Shown: piece by piece, positions 19,170 through 27,437 of the stretch
Layout: each line of letters begins with the position of its first letter
Position numbering within the stretch: the stretch's first letter is position 1
DNA from: Actinomycetes bacterium
Lineage (GTDB): Bacteria; Planctomycetota; Phycisphaerae; JAACET01
NCBI GenBank assembly: GCA_030614915.1
Contig: JAUXAG010000011.1
Span: 26,516-90,515 of the forward strand
Length of the DNA: 64,000 bases
Direction of reading: 5' to 3'
Made by a program: the position numbers and the translations under genes
The notes under the pieces: model-generated
Databases searched by the model: none
Seen by the model: only the letters and a program-made list of their open reading frames with translations
What the model was told of the DNA's origin: nothing

Positions 19170-20198
19170 ATGAAATGTAAGCGTATCTTTTCGATAATGC
19201 TGGCTCTGCTGATCTTCGGATTCCTGGCCGGCAATTCAGCCCACGCTACCACCTGGACCGTCACCCAACTGACCAACAACAGCTACGGCGACGAATATAC
19301 CCGGATCTACGGCTCCAACGTGGTCTGGTGGGGCTACGACGGCAGCGACAGAGAGATATTCCTCTACGACGCCAACACCACTATCACCACCCAAATCACC
19401 AACAACAGCTACGTCGACAAGGGTCCCCAGGTCTACGGCTCCAACGTGGTCTGGTTCAGCTACGACGGCTACGACAGCAGCACCAGAGAGATATTCCTCT
19501 ACGACGGCAACGGCACCACCCAACTGACCAACAACAGCTACAGCGACGAGTATCCCAAGATCTACGGCTCCAACGTGGTCTGGTACGGCTACGACGGCAG
19601 CGACAACGAGATCTTCCTCTACGACGGCAGCGGCACTACTCAACTGACCAACGACAGCTACGACGACTACAATCCCCAGATCTACGGCTCCAACGTGGTC
19701 TGGTACGGCTCCGACGGCAACGACTATGAGATATTCCTCTACGACGGCAATACCACGGTCACCACCCAAATCACCGACAACAGCTACAGCGACGAGTATC
19801 CCAAGATCTACGGCTCCAACGTGGTCTGGTACGGCTACGACGGCAGCGATTATGAGATCTTCCTCTACGACACCAACACCACGCTCACCACCCAACTGAC
19901 CAACGACAGCTACGACGACTACAATCCCCAGATCTACGGCTCCAACGTGGTCTGGCGGGGCTCCGACGGCAGCGACTATGAAATCTTCTTCTACGACGGC
20001 AACACCACCACCCAACTGACCAACAACAGCTACTACGACAGTTCTCCCCAGATCTACGGCTCCAACGTGGTCTGGTACGGCAACGGCCCTGACGGCAGCG
20101 ACTCTGAGATCTTCCTGGCAACCCCCGAACCCGCCACCCTGGCCCTGCTGCTTCTGGGCGGCTTGCTCCTGCTGGATCGCAGGCACAGATCGGCCTGA
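19170..20198 (+). CDS. PEP-CTERM surface protein with seven ~41-aa repeats (probable 7-bladed beta-propeller)
   Basis: Sec signal peptide (MKCKR...AHA), 7x TQLTNNSYxDxxPxIYGSNVVWxGxDGxDxEIFLYD, C-terminal TPEPATLALLLLGGLLLLDRRHR. Confidence 0.9.
   Translation: MKCKRIFSIMLALLIFGFLAGNSAHATTWTVTQLTNNSYGDEYTRIYGSNVVWWGYDGSDREIFLYDANTTITTQITNNSYVDKGPQVYGSNVVWFSYDGYDSSTREIFLYDGNGTTQLTNNSYSDEYPKIYGSNVVWYGYDGSDNEIFLYDGSGTTQLTNDSYDDYNPQIYGSNVVWYGSDGNDYEIFLYDGNTTVTTQITDNSYSDEYPKIYGSNVVWYGYDGSDYEIFLYDTNTTLTTQLTNDSYDDYNPQIYGSNVVWRGSDGSDYEIFFYDGNTTTQLTNNSYYDSSPQIYGSNVVWYGNGPDGSDSEIFLATPEPATLALLLLGGLLLLDRRHRSA
19263..20118 (+). repeat. Seven intragenic tandem repeats of 120-129 bp
   Basis: Units start at ~19263, 19389, 19518, 19638, 19764, 19890 and 20010; the 23-mer tctacggctccaacgtggtctgg is invariant in all seven. 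Confidence 0.95.
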
Positions 20199-20410
20199 AC
20201 TGCCTAAAAAACATTGCTATAATTCTTTTCTTTCTGCGCAATCTGCGAAGCTTGTACCTGCGGAGGCAGGTATCAGCGTCTAATAATCTTTCCGTATCTT
20301 TCTTCCCCTCTTCCTCTGTGCCTCTGAGCCTTTTCTTATCAGCGTTCATCTGTGAAATCTGTGGCTAATTCCTGTTTTCCTTCTTTGAATCAGCGTCTAA
20401 TAATCTGAAT
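20199..20410. repeat. Intergenic STR cluster with a 22-nt hairpin insert
   Basis: tctgcgcaatctgcgaa[gcttgtacctgcggaggcaggt]atcagcgtctaa; also ctctgtgcctctgagcct and atctgtgaaatctgtggctaat. Confidence 0.75.
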
Positions 20411-20540
20411 TTGCATAATCCACCCCGGATAGCCTGGGAATTCCCCACCATCAGGGCAAAAAAATGGCTTTTTATGGGCTGGTCCCATAAAAAACGTCAA
20501 GTCATTACTGGGATAATGACGATTTCTATATCAATCAGAT

Positions 20541-21815
20541 ATGCGAACCATAGCCATAATCAACCAGAAGGGTGGTTGCGGCAAGACCACCATCAGCATC
20601 AACCTCGCAGCCACGTTGGCCGAGACCGGCCGGAAAGTCCTTCTGGCCGATATGGACCCCCAAGGCCATTGCGCCCTCGGACTGGCCGTGCCTGGCGGGC
20701 AGATCGAACGCAGCATTTATGATGTCCTCTGTGAGCCCGACCAGCAGGATTTGGCCAGGAGCTTGCGACAGGTTACCTGGCAGATTGCCACAAACTTCGA
20801 CTTGGCACCTTCGACCATTAGCCTGGCCGCCTTTGAGCAGAGATTCGCCGCAACCCCAGGACGTGAGGATCGTCTGCGGCGGGTCCTTTTGGCCGCTGCC
20901 GACCAGTATGACCTGACCATTATTGATTGCCCACCGAGCGTTGGACTCTTGACCTTTAATGCCCTCCGCAGTGCAGATGAGGTCCTCGTGCCCGTGGAGA
21001 CCGGATACTTTTGCCTCCAGAGCCTCGGCCAGCAGCTCGAGACTCTCGAAGTATTACGCAAAAAATGCGGACAGGGCTTTCGGGTCCGTGTGGTCCCCAG
21101 TTTGTATGACGTGCGGACCAGGTTGGGCAGGGAGGTCTTGGCTCACCTGCAGGCCAGGTATGACCGCATACTGGCCAAGGCCTGCATAAACTTCAACACC
21201 AAGCTTAAGGAGGCCGCCAGCCTCGGTCAGCCGATCACCGAGTACGATACCGCCAGTATCGGCTACCGAGATTTCCGGACCCTGGCTGAAGAACTTCTTT
21301 CCGGCCGTCCGGCCGAGCTCTCGGTCGATGCACTCGAAAAACCGTCCGCTGCTAACGATACAATAACCGAACATGCCCCCTTCAGCACCGCCGAGCAAGT
21401 CCTGGCCCAGGCCCAGCGGATCGACAAAAACGCCCAAGACCTCCTCCAACGCGCCGACAAAATGATGCCCGGAGGATTAAACGCTCCAGCCAAGAAGGAC
21501 AAACCGCAGACCACCGAGCAACGCTTGGCCAAGTTCTATGGAGTTAGCCAGACCGAACAGGGAATCATCTTTCGAGCCCACTATCCGCATGCAGAGCAGG
21601 TCTGCTTGGCCGGCGACTTCAACGGCTGGAACCCCGCTCAAACGCCGATGGCCCGTCACCAGCACGACAATGTCTGGCAGGTGGTTTTACCGCTGATGTC
21701 CGGCTGTTACCGTTACCGACTAGTGGTCGACAATCGTTGGCAGCGAGACCCCTTCAATGACCGGGTCGAAGCCAATCCCTTTGGTGAGCTCAACTCGGTC
21801 GTCGAGGTAAAGTAA
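20541..21815 (+). CDS. ParA/Soj-family ATPase fused to a C-terminal CBM48/AMPK-type glycogen-binding domain
   Basis: NQKGGCGKTT, DMDPQGH, IDCPP; C-terminal V.LAGDFNGW...G.YRYRLVVD.RW..DP.N....NPFGELNSV. Confidence 0.85.
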   Translation: MRTIAIINQKGGCGKTTISINLAATLAETGRKVLLADMDPQGHCALGLAVPGGQIERSIYDVLCEPDQQDLARSLRQVTWQIATNFDLAPSTISLAAFEQRFAATPGREDRLRRVLLAAADQYDLTIIDCPPSVGLLTFNALRSADEVLVPVETGYFCLQSLGQQLETLEVLRKKCGQGFRVRVVPSLYDVRTRLGREVLAHLQARYDRILAKACINFNTKLKEAASLGQPITEYDTASIGYRDFRTLAEELLSGRPAELSVDALEKPSAANDTITEHAPFSTAEQVLAQAQRIDKNAQDLLQRADKMMPGGLNAPAKKDKPQTTEQRLAKFYGVSQTEQGIIFRAHYPHAEQVCLAGDFNGWNPAQTPMARHQHDNVWQVVLPLMSGCYRYRLVVDNRWQRDPFNDRVEANPFGELNSVVEVK

Positions 21816-21908
21816 GCAGGATATATACCGCTGGGCAAGGGGGACCGTTTTTTTTGGGGCTAGAGGCGGCCTCCGTTTTGTAGCAGTCTTCTACGAGGCC
21901 ATTATGCC

Positions 21909-22574
21909 ATGCAGGATGAGCTGAGCCGGATTGCTCATCTGTTCCTTTCCAGTGCGGACTCGCCTGCCGGGCAGATTACGGTTCGGGCCCTCTTGGCTGA
22001 ACACTTGCCCGATCCCCCTGCGGCAAGCAAACGCATAGCCGCCCACTTCGCCCGCCAGCTCGGCAGCGCAGCTCTGCTGCAGTTCGACAACGGCGGGGCA
22101 CTCCTGCGTTTGTTTAGTACCGCTCAGATTGGCCCCAAACGCCGTTCGTCCCGTAGCCGTGCTGCCCATGTAAACGACTTCTCCCGGGCCGTGGCTGATT
22201 TACCCAAACGCACCAGTCTGCTCCTGGTGGACTTGGACCTTAATAGTGAGTTGTTAGCTCAATGCCCCCAAATTTCCGTAGTAACCTGCCCGGAATCAAA
22301 AATAGTCGTGGATGTTTATAGTCAACTCAAACGGCTGGCCCCCAGCTCGCCCCAAGCCCTGGGCCTGACCATGATCGATTGTCTAAGTGTTGTTCAGGGA
22401 CAGCGCCTGGCCGAGAGGCTTTGCCAGGCAGCCAAGGAATTCCTGGGATTGATCTTGCGACTGGACGCCGTGATCCTGCGCAGCTCGCGATTGCATCAGA
22501 GCACACTCGCCCGGGCAGCTTCAATGGACCAATGCACACTCACCCGGAGCATCGATTCACTTCGCTCAACTTGA
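21909..22574 (+). CDS. Hypothetical protein, possibly a degenerate MinD/FlhG-like fold
   Basis: LLLVD, VVTCPE..IVVDVYSQLK and AERL.QAAKEFLG resemble the FlhG C-terminal half; no Walker A motif. Confidence 0.5.
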   Translation: MQDELSRIAHLFLSSADSPAGQITVRALLAEHLPDPPAASKRIAAHFARQLGSAALLQFDNGGALLRLFSTAQIGPKRRSSRSRAAHVNDFSRAVADLPKRTSLLLVDLDLNSELLAQCPQISVVTCPESKIVVDVYSQLKRLAPSSPQALGLTMIDCLSVVQGQRLAERLCQAAKEFLGLILRLDAVILRSSRLHQSTLARAASMDQCTLTRSIDSLRST

Positions 22575-22656
22575 GATGAATCAGGGGCTATCCTGGCCTT
22601 TTGCATGCCAGCAGCGGTCAACGCTTACGATTTCTCGAAGCCCTTGACGCCTTGGA

Positions 22657-22770
22657 CTACGTCTGTCTGCGGCGATACCAGTAGTAGGCCACCAGGATAA
22701 CGACGATGCAGAGGACCAGAACCGTTTGCCACGGGCTCCAAGCCAAAAGACTCCCATTCAAATCAAACAT
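22657..22770 (-). CDS. Small single-pass membrane protein, 37 aa (MFDLNGSLLAWSPWQTVLVLCIVVILVAYYWYRRRQT)
   Basis: Translated by hand (below the ORF-track cutoff). AGGAGG lies 6 nt before the ATG; hydrophobic helix followed by a basic tail; upstream promoter. Confidence 0.8.
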   Translation of the reverse strand: MFDLNGSLLAWSPWQTVLVLCIVVILVAYYWYRRRQT

Positions 22771-22825
22771 CAGTGACCTCCTAATCACGATAGTCCAATC
22801 CACGTTTCCAACTCAATATCCAAAT

Positions 22826-22855
22826 ATCCTAACCTCCGCCGGGACCGCAAGTCAA
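22826..22855 (-). promoter_or_regulatory. Sigma70 promoter for the small membrane protein (TTGACT-N18-TAGGAT)
   Basis: On the minus strand: -35 at 22855-22850, -10 at 22831-22826. Confidence 0.55.
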
Positions 22856-22899
22856 GCCCAATTTACCAAAAGATATCAGCCGCAATCTAGTATTTTTGG

Positions 22900-24098
22900 C
22901 TAGAACAATCTGGCGCATCGCGGCAGTTCGCCGACCAGGGGCCTGACGTAGTCAACAAAGGCCTCTTTGATTACTCCAGGCCTGTCGCAGTACTCAGCCG
23001 GCATGGTCTTGGTCTTGCCAGCCACCGAAGACAAGGGCGTCAAAAAGGTTTCCATTTTGTATTTAGCGCCACTCCCGCTCAGCCGGCGAATGGCACCGAG
23101 CCGTCCATTGCCCAATCCGTTGCGTAACGCACTGCCTCCTGTCCCACCGTGTACGCCTCCTGGGCATCAATCTGAGAAACCACCGTCGGAAAGCAGCGCT
23201 GAAGGTAGCCGAAGGTATCCCCGCGCATACGTTTAATCTCTGGCTTAGCCCGGCGAAGTTCAGAGATTAGCAAGTCCGCCAGCAGCCCCGTCCCCGAGAG
23301 CGTTACATTCCCGTGGGCGTCCTCTTCCATCACCGCTTGGGCCTTCTTGGCCCAGAGTTCTCCCTCTCCGTCGGCAATGCCCTCGGAAACAGCCACTAGG
23401 CAGCGACCCTGAGCCTTGTAGACCCGCTCCACGTCTTCGATGAACTGCGACATCTCCATAGCTACTTCCGGCACATAAATCAGATGCGGGCCGTCGTCCG
23501 CTTCTTGACGAGCCAGCACCCCCGCCGCGGTCAGCCAACCGGTGTGCCGACCCATGATTACATCAATCTTCACGCCTGGTATCGCTGTGTTATCCAGATT
23601 ATCTCCCATCAGGGCCAAGGCCACGAACTTCGCCGCCGAGCCGTATCCCGGGCAATGGTCCGTAACCGGCAGATCGTTGTCGATGGTTTTGGGTATGTGG
23701 ATCGCCCGTAGGTCGTAGCCCACCTTTTCCGACAAGTTGTTGAGAATGTAGGCCGTCGAGGCCGAATCGTTGCCCCCGATGTAAAAGAAATAGTGAATCT
23801 CATTCCTGCGGAAGACCTCGAATATTTCCTTACAGTATTCCTCGTCGGGTTTGTCGCGAGTGCTGCCCAGGGCCGACGAAGGCGTATTGGCCACGGCTTC
23901 CAGCTGCTCCGCCCGAAGGTCTTGCAGCTCAATGAAGTTCTCTTCCTTCATGCCCCGCACCCCGTTCCGGGCCCCGTAGATCTTGCCTATCTCGTCTCGT
24001 TCCTGCCCAGCCTTGACGACGCCTACCAGAGATTGGTTGATTACCACGGTAGGCCCACCCGACTGGCCGACCACGGCATTTCCCTTTATCTTGGCCAT
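22900..24098 (-). pseudogene. pfp: PPi-dependent-type 6-phosphofructokinase, split by a 1-nt frameshift near 23094
   Basis: GQSGGPT.VIN, IGGNDS, PKTIDNDL, MGRHTGW, TFGYLQR. The C-terminus (METFLTPL..VA.KTKTMP.EY...YVRPLVGELP) lies in another frame. Confidence 0.8.
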
Positions 24099-24113
24099 TC
24101 TTTCAACTCCGCT

Positions 24114-25448
24114 CTAAAAACTCCGCTCGATAAATTCAGTGTCCACTTTACCTCTAATGAAATCCCGGTGACGGAATATCTGCTTGAGCAGAGGGATCGT
24201 GGTTTTGACCGGCTCGATATGAAACTCATCCAGGGCCCGACGCATACAGGCGATAGCCTCGCTGCGGCTGGGCTGATGGACGATAACCTTGCCGATGCAG
24301 GAATCGTAATACGGGGAAATACGATATCCGCAGTACACGTGAGAGTCAAATCTCACGCCCGGCCCACCCGGCGACCGAAATTCCTCGATGGTCCCGGCAC
24401 AGGGCCTGAAATCATTGGCCGGGTCTTCGGCGTTTATCCGGCATTCCACAGCCACCCCCCGAGGTTTAATATTGCTTTGTTTTAGAGTAAGCGGCTCGCC
24501 CGAGGCAATCCGAATCTGCCACTTGAGAAGATCAACGCCGGTGGCCAGTTCGGTTACCGGATGCTCCACCTGTATTCGGGTATTCACTTCCAGAAAAGAG
24601 AACGAACCTTTTTGATCCACCAGAAATTCTACCGTGGCCGCGCTGAAGTATTTCGCTTTCTTCATCAGCCGCACCGCTGCTTTACAGAGTTTCTTTCGGG
24701 TGTCATCCGAAATAGCCGGTGAAGGTGTTTCTTCCACCAGTTTTTGATACCTTCTTTGTAGAGAGCAGTCACGTTCGCCAAGGTGTATGACATTGCCCTG
24801 CATATCTGCCAGGATTTGGACCTCCACGTGCCGGGCCCGCTCGATAAGCTTCTCGATAAACAGATCCGAATTATTGAAGGCCGCTTGGGCCTCGGCCCGG
24901 GCAGCGTTTAGACCGGCCTGCAGCGAAATCTCGTTGTGAGCCTGACGCATCCCTCTGCCCCCCCCTCCCCCGGAGGCCTTGATCATCACCGGATAGCCGA
25001 TTTGCCGGGCAATCTTGACCGCCTCTTTGTCGCTCACCGCTGAGTCCGAGCCCTGCTTAACCGCAACTTCAGCGGCCTTGGCTAGTTTGCGGGCCTCCAC
25101 CTTATCCCCCAGAAGATTCATGCTCTGGGCCGAGGGACCGATGAACTCTATCTTGCACGACCGGCAAATCTCCGCGAAGTGGGCGTTCTCCGCCAGAAAC
25201 CCGTAACCCGGATGGATAGCCTGCACGTCGGCAATCTCTGCCGCCGAAATGATCCGCGGGATGTTCAAATAGCTTTCCGTGGCCGGGCCCGGACCTATGC
25301 AGATGGCATCGTCCGCCATTTCTAGGTATGCCGCATCCGCGTCCTCCTGGGAATAAACCACCACCGTCTGAACCCCAAGCTCCCGGCAGGCACGCATGAT
25401 CCGCAGTGCTATTTCTCCCCGGTTGGCTACCAAAATTCTCGAGAACAT
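24114..25448 (-). CDS. accC: Acetyl-CoA carboxylase biotin carboxylase
   Basis: [43 protein letters not shown]. Confidence 0.97.
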   Translation of the reverse strand: MFSRILVANRGEIALRIMRACRELGVQTVVVYSQEDADAAYLEMADDAICIGPGPATESYLNIPRIISAAEIADVQAIHPGYGFLAENAHFAEICRSCKIEFIGPSAQSMNLLGDKVEARKLAKAAEVAVKQGSDSAVSDKEAVKIARQIGYPVMIKASGGGGGRGMRQAHNEISLQAGLNAARAEAQAAFNNSDLFIEKLIERARHVEVQILADMQGNVIHLGERDCSLQRRYQKLVEETPSPAISDDTRKKLCKAAVRLMKKAKYFSAATVEFLVDQKGSFSFLEVNTRIQVEHPVTELATGVDLLKWQIRIASGEPLTLKQSNIKPRGVAVECRINAEDPANDFRPCAGTIEEFRSPGGPGVRFDSHVYCGYRISPYYDSCIGKVIVHQPSRSEAIACMRRALDEFHIEPVKTTIPLLKQIFRHRDFIRGKVDTEFIERSF

Positions 25449-25470
25449 CTACCTCGTTCCTCATTTATAT

Positions 25471-25630
25471 TTAGCCCCCGGGTTCCGACCACAGGTCCCT
25501 ACGGGAAGGACGCTACGCGTTACCGGGGGTCTCTTTGTTTAGCCCCCAGGTTTATCCTGGGGGTTGCTTTTCTTACTTTGTGCCTCTGTGCCTTTCTTGT
25601 TCTTCCTCCCTCAAGCCTCAGGCCTTTCTT
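25471..25630. repeat. Two REP-like palindromes (the first carrying a 36-nt nested insert) plus STRs
   Basis: ttagcccccgggtt[ccgaccacaggtccctacgggaaggacgctacgcgt]taccggggg, then an empty copy, ctttgtgcctctgtgcct and cctcaagcctcaggcct. Confidence 0.85.
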
Positions 25631-25638
25631 CTGTTTAG

Positions 25639-26106
25639 CTAAGCAGGACGCACCTGGAATATCGGCTGACCGAACTCCACCGCCTCACCGTTGCTGACCA
25701 ATACTCTCTCGACGGTGCCGGACAGGCCGGCCTTGATCTCGTTCATCACTTTCATAGCCTCGATGATGCAGACCACGGTATCTGCTGTAACCGTATCGCC
25801 AGCCTGCACAAAGGGCTCGCTTTCCGGATTCGCGGCCTGGTAAAACGTGCCCACCATGGGCGAGACGATACTCTTAAGTTCTTCCCCCACCGCTGATGCC
25901 TGTGTCTGTTCTGTGGGGCTGTTTCCCTTAGTCGGCTGGACTGCTGCCAGGCTCACCGGTTGGACCTGACCGAGAGTCACCGCCGGAACCCCTTCGCCGG
26001 GACCACGCTTCAGGGATACCCGGCAATCTCCGTCGCGTATCTCCAGTTCACGCAGGTCGTTTTTCACCATCAGGTCTATGAGTTTTTTTATCTCTTTTAC
26101 ATCCAT
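25639..26106 (-). CDS. accB: Biotin carboxyl carrier protein
   Basis: SPMVGTFY, IIEAMKVMNEI. Confidence 0.97.
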   Translation of the reverse strand: MDVKEIKKLIDLMVKNDLRELEIRDGDCRVSLKRGPGEGVPAVTLGQVQPVSLAAVQPTKGNSPTEQTQASAVGEELKSIVSPMVGTFYQAANPESEPFVQAGDTVTADTVVCIIEAMKVMNEIKAGLSGTVERVLVSNGEAVEFGQPIFQVRPA

Positions 26107-26107
26107 G

Positions 26108-27259
26108 TTATATCCTTTTTTTTACCCGCCCTTCTCGGGAGCATTTTGTCTTCCGCGTCGCCCAGGCTGGATCGTCCGGCAGATCGCTGAGAAGGCGGCA
26201 TCCTTTGCTGCTGACCAGCACGTCGTTCTCGATCCGAATGCCACCGCGCCCCGGCAGATAGATACCCGGCTCAACAGTAAAGACCATCCCCTCTTCGAGT
26301 ATATCACGGCTCCTTGGGCCGATTACAGGTCCTTCATGTACCTCTTTGCCGATTCCGTGGCCCAGCCCGTGCCCGAAATACTTACCATATCCGCCCTGCC
26401 GGATGACCGTACGTGCTGCCGCATCCACTTTTCTTGCGGCCACGCCGGGTTTGATCCTCGCCAGAGCAGCGTCAGCGGCCTGGCGGACACTGACATAGGC
26501 CCTCTGCAAAGAGGGGCAAATGTTATCTAGGAATATCACTCGTGTCAAGTCGCTCTTGTATCCGTCGACATTAGCACCCCAGTCGAACAGAATCGGCTTA
26601 CCCGGCTTGATTCGGCCGGAGCCCGCTTGGACATGGGGCATGGAAGTCCTTGTCCCGCAAGCAACTATGGTGGGAAAGGCCGGCTGAGAAGACCCGCGGA
26701 TCTTCATCTCCAGCTCCAGCCTCGCGGCCACTGCCAGCTCGCTCATCCCCGCTTTGAGCTGGCGCAGCACCGCCAGAAAAGAGTCCTGGGCTACCCTGAT
26801 TGACCGGCGGATGGCGGACAATTCGCGCCCATCCTTGCACATCCTGGCCCGCCGGATAAGCCCCTTCGCCCCCACCAATCGTCTGGCTCCCAGGGCCCGC
26901 CGAAGCTGTTTATACCCCTCCACGCTGATAGCTGCTGGCTCAAAGCCGATTCGCCCCAGCCGGCCCGCACGGGCCTGCTTGGCTATAGCAGTAGTTATCG
27001 GACCTTTCCTCTCGAAAACCCGCAGCCCCGGGCACTCCCGCATGGCCTGCTCGCTATAGCGTGAATCGCTGATCAGAACCGCACTGCGACGAGTAACCAG
27101 CAAGTAGCTATCGTCGCCGCTGAAGTCGCTCAGATAGCTCACATCCGCGCCGGACGTGGCCAAAAAGCCCTCCAGTTGCCTCGCTCGCATCGCCAAACGC
27201 AGCCGCTCCAGGCGGCTCTTAATGTGACCAGGCGAGCTTTTCGATGATTTAGCAGCCAT
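26108..27259 (-). CDS. Xaa-Pro aminopeptidase (M24B)
   Basis: DSRY, DWGA...GYKSDLTR, HGLGHGIG.EVHE, TVEPGIY, RIE.D; start taken at MAAKSS. Confidence 0.9.
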   Translation of the reverse strand: MAAKSSKSSPGHIKSRLERLRLAMRARQLEGFLATSGADVSYLSDFSGDDSYLLVTRRSAVLISDSRYSEQAMRECPGLRVFERKGPITTAIAKQARAGRLGRIGFEPAAISVEGYKQLRRALGARRLVGAKGLIRRARMCKDGRELSAIRRSIRVAQDSFLAVLRQLKAGMSELAVAARLELEMKIRGSSQPAFPTIVACGTRTSMPHVQAGSGRIKPGKPILFDWGANVDGYKSDLTRVIFLDNICPSLQRAYVSVRQAADAALARIKPGVAARKVDAAARTVIRQGGYGKYFGHGLGHGIGKEVHEGPVIGPRSRDILEEGMVFTVEPGIYLPGRGGIRIENDVLVSSKGCRLLSDLPDDPAWATRKTKCSREGRVKKRI

Positions 27260-27437
27260 AAACGCACACTCCGGCCGGAACTTTTGCCCCGACCTAATTT
27301 TACCTGCCCCACAGCCGCAGCTCAACTGTTCATTCTCTGTCCAAATAATCTTGAAAAAATGGTTTTCTGCTAGTATGATAACAGTTGCCACTTTCTTGCC
27401 GGGCTTTCTCCCGTATGGGCCTTATGCGAGGTTGCAG

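Noticed and set aside
19263-20118. CRISPR-like array (23-nt invariant repeat x7)
   Set aside because: The intervening segments are ~100 nt, similar to each other and in frame within a protein; no cas genes are present
19236-20186. 316-aa antisense ORF
   Set aside because: It is a shadow of the NNC-biased repeat gene and has no independent signals
23079-23115. Programmed ribosomal frameshift in pfp
   Set aside because: No slippery heptamer or stimulatory structure; a 1-nt deletion or sequencing error explains it
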